NCBI GenBank assembly: GCA_051294905.1
Contig: CM119381.1
Coordinates: 12,462,001-12,526,000 of the forward strand
Direction: 5' to 3'
Length of the DNA: 64,000 bases
DNA from: Botryllus schlosseri
Taxonomy: Eukaryota
Below are positions 59,481 to 64,000 of this stretch, one piece after another; within the stretch, counting starts at the first letter, position 1, and every line of letters starts with the position of its first letter. A program made the position numbers and the translations under genes. Below the pieces are notes generated by a model. It had not been told where the DNA came from and ran no database searches. It worked only from the letters and a program-made list of their open reading frames with translations.

Positions 59481-61883
59481 CAGACATGGGGTGATTACTT
59501 CATGAATGTAATCGATTGCGATTGCGATTACTTCGAAATGACGCGATTACGATTACGATTACGATTACAGCAAAATCAGTAAGTAGTCGATTACGATTAC
59601 GATTACATTGGAAAAGTAATCACGATTACTCAAGATTACATTTATTTTGCAAATTAGAAGTTATATTGGGAGACAATATATGGATTGCGCTGAAAAGGCC
59701 TACATTTCTTTGAAAAGATGCTTCTTTTTGCTTGTTACGTCATAATATACCCTTTGCCCATTTTTATAGAGTACGATTTATCCACTGAGCTATATCGCCC
59801 ACAACGATTTGTATTCTTGCCACACCGCCGCACCCCAAATTTCCCAATATGGTGGGGAGCGAGCCCGTAGGGGACTCAAAAGTATTTAATAAACCAACAT
59901 AAATTATGAAGTATTTTCGAGAGATTTAATTAACTTCTCTCTCTGGATAAGCTTGATTTTGAAATGCATACGTCTCCCCTACAACAAAAGAAGCATACAT
60001 AATTTATGGTAGGGTTGCATTTAAAACAAGTGGTTGTTAAAACACTTTGTTCAAAACATGTTTAAAACAGTGTTTTAAACAAAGGCTTTGAAAAAAACTA
60101 ACTAGTGTTTTTTTAAGTTGTAAAATTATGCCATAATTGTGTAAATGATTTCCAAAAAACATGTTTTATGAGCCTACGGACAATTACCACCCGATTTAGC
60201 CGACGTACATCGATATCGGATGGTTGGAACCCCTCAAAATAATCTGTTTAACAGTTATAGTACAGATATTTCGTCAAAAGAGCTTTATTTACCCTATATT
60301 TTGAATTGTCAATGTCAATCCACATTGGTGACGTCATGGCTTAAAAAACAAAAACAAACATGTTTTAAACACGGCGGGTCTTGTTTTAAACATGTTTGCT
60401 TTAAATTGATTTTTGTTTTAAATGCAACCCTAATTTATAGCAATAGGCATTTAGGTTCCAGTCAATACCGTACCACGACACACCAAAAGACATATGCAGT
60501 TTCGACCAAAACGCGACTTCACGAAGTGTGCTACTAAAGAAAGAGCGTGGCTGAAACATACGATATGTGTCCATTGTCAATAACCGCGCTGGGTGGGCAT
60601 GACTAAAAGCCCTGTCCTTCCAATCTGAGCCCACAATGCAAATGCCACCCGGGCACCCACCGAGCATTAAAGACATGACAATTTGTGTGTTCGTCTCAAG
60701 AAAGTTTTTCAGTTAGTCTGCTACGTTTTGGATACAACAATATCTTCAGATCATATAACAGACCGGAGGTCACGAATTAACAACATACACTTAACTAATT
60801 ATAACAAGATACCAGACGTTATAATTATGAATTACGTGCCCCCAGCTCTACAGGTAAATCTGACCATCGGGGGCAGAGAGAGGATAAAAAATTATTAATA
60901 ATATAATGCAATTACCAATATTATTGACGAAATTCAGTCTTCAACTTGAAAATATTACCCCATTGGTGCCAAAGACCAACGTTTGGACTGGGGGACGAAT
61001 TGCTGTTTTGGTCCTGATTCGAGCTACAACCCACGCTAGCATGATATATAGCCTATGGCTTTGACGGCAGGTCCCAATGTTGAGTACAGATTTGTGAAAT
61101 AACGATTGGCGCCCGTTTCAAGTATAGTCATGTGAGAATAAGATGAAGAGAACATAAAATTCTGCCTTCAACTTAATACTGATAATGTACTGCAAGCTGC
61201 CATTACGAGAAACGGCAAAACGGCTCGGTTATGATATATATCAGCAACTGTTGACTTTTAATGCTTCATTGTGGAAACCGTAATGTTTTACATGATCAGT
61301 ACAAAATTTCAAATCTACGTCCGGTGTACGTACGTACTATATGGGTCTACTGCTCGCCAAGCAGCAACGGTCAAACTGCATTTAACTAAGCATAACCAAA
61401 CATCAATACACAAGTTACTATTTTAAACTAAGCAGAGTGGTGATAAATTATCCTGCTACGAGGTACTGCCGTGTGGAACGTGTCGATAACCGGATATATA
61501 CAGCACGGCGGGTGTTCTTTCAATCACATTTATGTACGTACATCGATTATATATTTACTGTGGATACTTCCTACGCAATGACTAGCAAAGCTAATAGGCT
61601 ACTTCTGAGCAATGGCAATTGAAAATCAGACGTTTGTGCTATCACGAACCTGGTATAATATCTCTTCCTTGTTCACGAATGTTCAGTTTATGTCATAGTC
61701 CTTATACAAATAAAAAGTAATCGTTCTTTCACAAAGAAATCGATTAGATATGGGAAGTAGTCGATTACGATTACGATTACTTCGGAATTTTTTCGAGTGT
61801 AATCGATTGCGATTACGATTACTTGAAAATGCTGTAATCGTCGTAATCGATTACGATTACTAATCGCGATTACCCCATGTCTG
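59481..61883 (+). mobile_element. Non-autonomous hAT family D, copy 2
   Basis: TIR CAGACATGGGG; perfect 8-bp TSD ATAGGCTA. Confidence 0.93.
60010..60432 (+). mobile_element. TAGGGTTGCATTTAAAACAA MITE nested in D copy 2
   Basis: About 20-bp TIR; TSD ATTTATGG/ATTTATAG (7 of 8); homolog of 7758-8181. Confidence 0.88.
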
Positions 61884-62259
61884 ATAGGCTAAATTTATAA
61901 ACCATGTTGAGTGAACGAGATAAATTTGCCACACTGCCTGATGATTATGAGAGTAACCCCCAAATTAGCAGCTTCGTCAAACTTGTAGGCTATACTTGTT
62001 TCAATTTCCCAATTTTCACCATAGTTACCACGTGACCAATTTCAGTTAAAAATGAGCGGATAGAATTCAAATAGCAGCACAACTTGAATAAGCATAGCAG
62101 ATGGGAAGCAATCCATCTTATAATGGCCACTTTCCTCCCTTCATATATGCCCATCGTTCAGGTAATCCCAAATATAAGAGATATGGAAAAGGTATCGTAG
62201 ACCTTCGCAATGAACGCATGCAGCGGAATATGCCGTTGGGCCGTTTTAGAAGACTGGCT

Positions 62260-63341
62260 GGCTGATATATATTTTCAGATTATAAAGCGAAAATTCCCTC
62301 TTGAATTGCTCCGAAAGCCTGAAAGTATTCATCAAACTTCAATATCAAATCAAAGCAAATGCTACCATGCAGTGGAAGATTCATTATTTCGTCACATTTC
62401 CAATTCATGATGACAAAACCTGACCCTTGGACGAGTCGTGACTGAAATTTGTGAGTTGGACTCGGACGTGAGCTTTCTTAGAATTACTCAGACTCGGGCT
62501 AACTCGATGGCAAAATGAAAATGACTCGAGTGGACTCGGAGTGATTCGGAATGCCGTGAATTTGTTAGAACCATGGACGCAACACAACTAATCGCGTATC
62601 AGGGGAACAGAAATAGATCAGAAGGTCGCAGCTTGGTATTTCGCTATCTAAGCAAGTAGTTATGGCAACCATTGGCAATCTGTTAGTTATGCATTTTTGG
62701 TCGCTAAACCATGTTATTATATAAGGTCACTTAAAGGAGGTGTTACGCTCCAACGATGTAACAACAATGGACCGTTCGGCGTTCCGAAATTTCAATCACT
62801 AGGACACATTCAATAATATATTTATATTATTTGAAGATATTTGGCCATGAGATTAATAAATAGCCGAGGCCTGCTTATCAGAATTACACCCGAATCCTGG
62901 CTTGGAATACAATGCTCAACCTAAAAATGTTTTGATGTCAGATCAGTCTATTTTATCAATCTGTTAAATTCAAAATATTCATAGTTGCTGCAAAATTATA
63001 ACCCGGTTGCTTTCATGATGGCATCAGACATTTGTCCACCCATATGGTGTCTATATCTTATAATAAATATATATCAAGTACAACAACAATTCTATTCAAA
63101 TAGGTATAAATGTGATGATTCTTTTCGTGCCAGGTCTAAATTGATACAAGAGTAAATCACATTTTGACGATGTGTGATTACTGCCAGTCTGCTGGATCGC
63201 CTCACTTTCAATAGGACAATTCATTCCCACCAAATAAGGCCTACTTGGAAAGATATAGAATACCCTTATAAATGCTGCGGCCCGCGGCGCCGTCAAAACT
63301 GGAAAAATGTCCCGCGAGCACATTTGAGTTTGAGACCTCTG
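62260..63341 (+). mobile_element. Family A hAT, left end missing
   Basis: Colinear with about 11440-12540; right TIR GTTTGAGACCTCTG followed by CTCTAGGG. Confidence 0.88.
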
Positions 63342-63344
63342 CTC

Positions 63345-63697
63345 TAGGGTTACTATACGTCTTCTTTTAAGAGGATTTGTCCTCTTTTTTGACTTTTTTG
63401 AAAGTGTCCTCGGAGGATGCAAATGCCCAAATGTCCTCCTTTTAGAGATTTTGTCCTCTTTTTTGAGAATTTTGGTTAAATATAGGGCAAAATTCGACTG
63501 AGATACAGTAAATCAGCACTGAGCTAACGCTCTGGCGGCTATTTCGGGAGCTGAGCCGGAAAGTTGACCTTTTTTTAGTCAATCGACCACGAAGTGCAAA
63601 AATTTTACCATTTTTTCAAGATTTTCCTCCGGTATTGTAAGTCTGAAAATTTTGAAAAAGTGTCCTCTTTTCAGGTTTCCAACATATGGTAACCATA
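63345..63697 (+). mobile_element. Family B MITE
   Basis: TAGGGTTACTATACGTC...TATGGTAACCATA; internal GTCCTCTTTT repeats as in 25814-26271. Confidence 0.85.
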
Positions 63698-64000
63698 GAA
63701 TACTCACTCTTGCCGCTTTTCTATCGCTTTTGACTGTAGTGAAATTGAACCGCTCATACTCAATTATTAAAAAATACTGACGACCCAGACACGAGTATTC
63801 ACATTGGTTATATTAGTAAAAATAACTTCAAGCTTCAACATACAGAATGCTACATTATATTTGATGTTAAAATTAGACTACGGTAATGATATATTGGCTA
63901 AGTAGAAGGGTAAATAGAGCGATGTGCTTGAGTTGAGACCCATTATTTACATAAAGCATATTAAGCATACAGCAGTATTAAGATCGTGCGGAGTTCCCAT

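Overview
Eukaryotic, AT-rich, intron-containing invertebrate-type genomic DNA; no prokaryotic features. Main host gene: a complete Cbl-family E3 ubiquitin ligase on the + strand, assembled by hand into 18 coding exons (28176-56026). All junctions are GT-AG and in phase, giving 2778 nt = 925 aa + stop, with TKB, linker, RING, Pro-rich and UBA regions. The window opens with a full-length, intact two-ORF I-group LINE (260-5695; APE-RT-RNase H-CCHC; 14-bp TSD), tail-to-tail with a 5'-truncated LINE of another family (5968-6894). The rest is dense in non-autonomous DNA transposons: about 15 TIR elements, most with 8-bp TSDs (hAT-like) and several nested, plus TA-flanked foldback MITEs, a 1.64-kb foldback in the last Cbl intron, tRNA-derived SINEs and decayed LINE fragments. 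Most notable: (1) a TIR/TSD-bounded element (16152-17744) with a decayed atypical hAT-like transposase whose motifs I recall from oomycete/algal/moss proteins; (2) phase-0 exons of an unnamed coiled-coil gene (15962-18994) absent from the ORF track; (3) at least 17 copies of the palindrome TAGGCCTA; (4) a possible short TKB-RING-only Cbl isoform. All assignments are by eye; no database searches were run.
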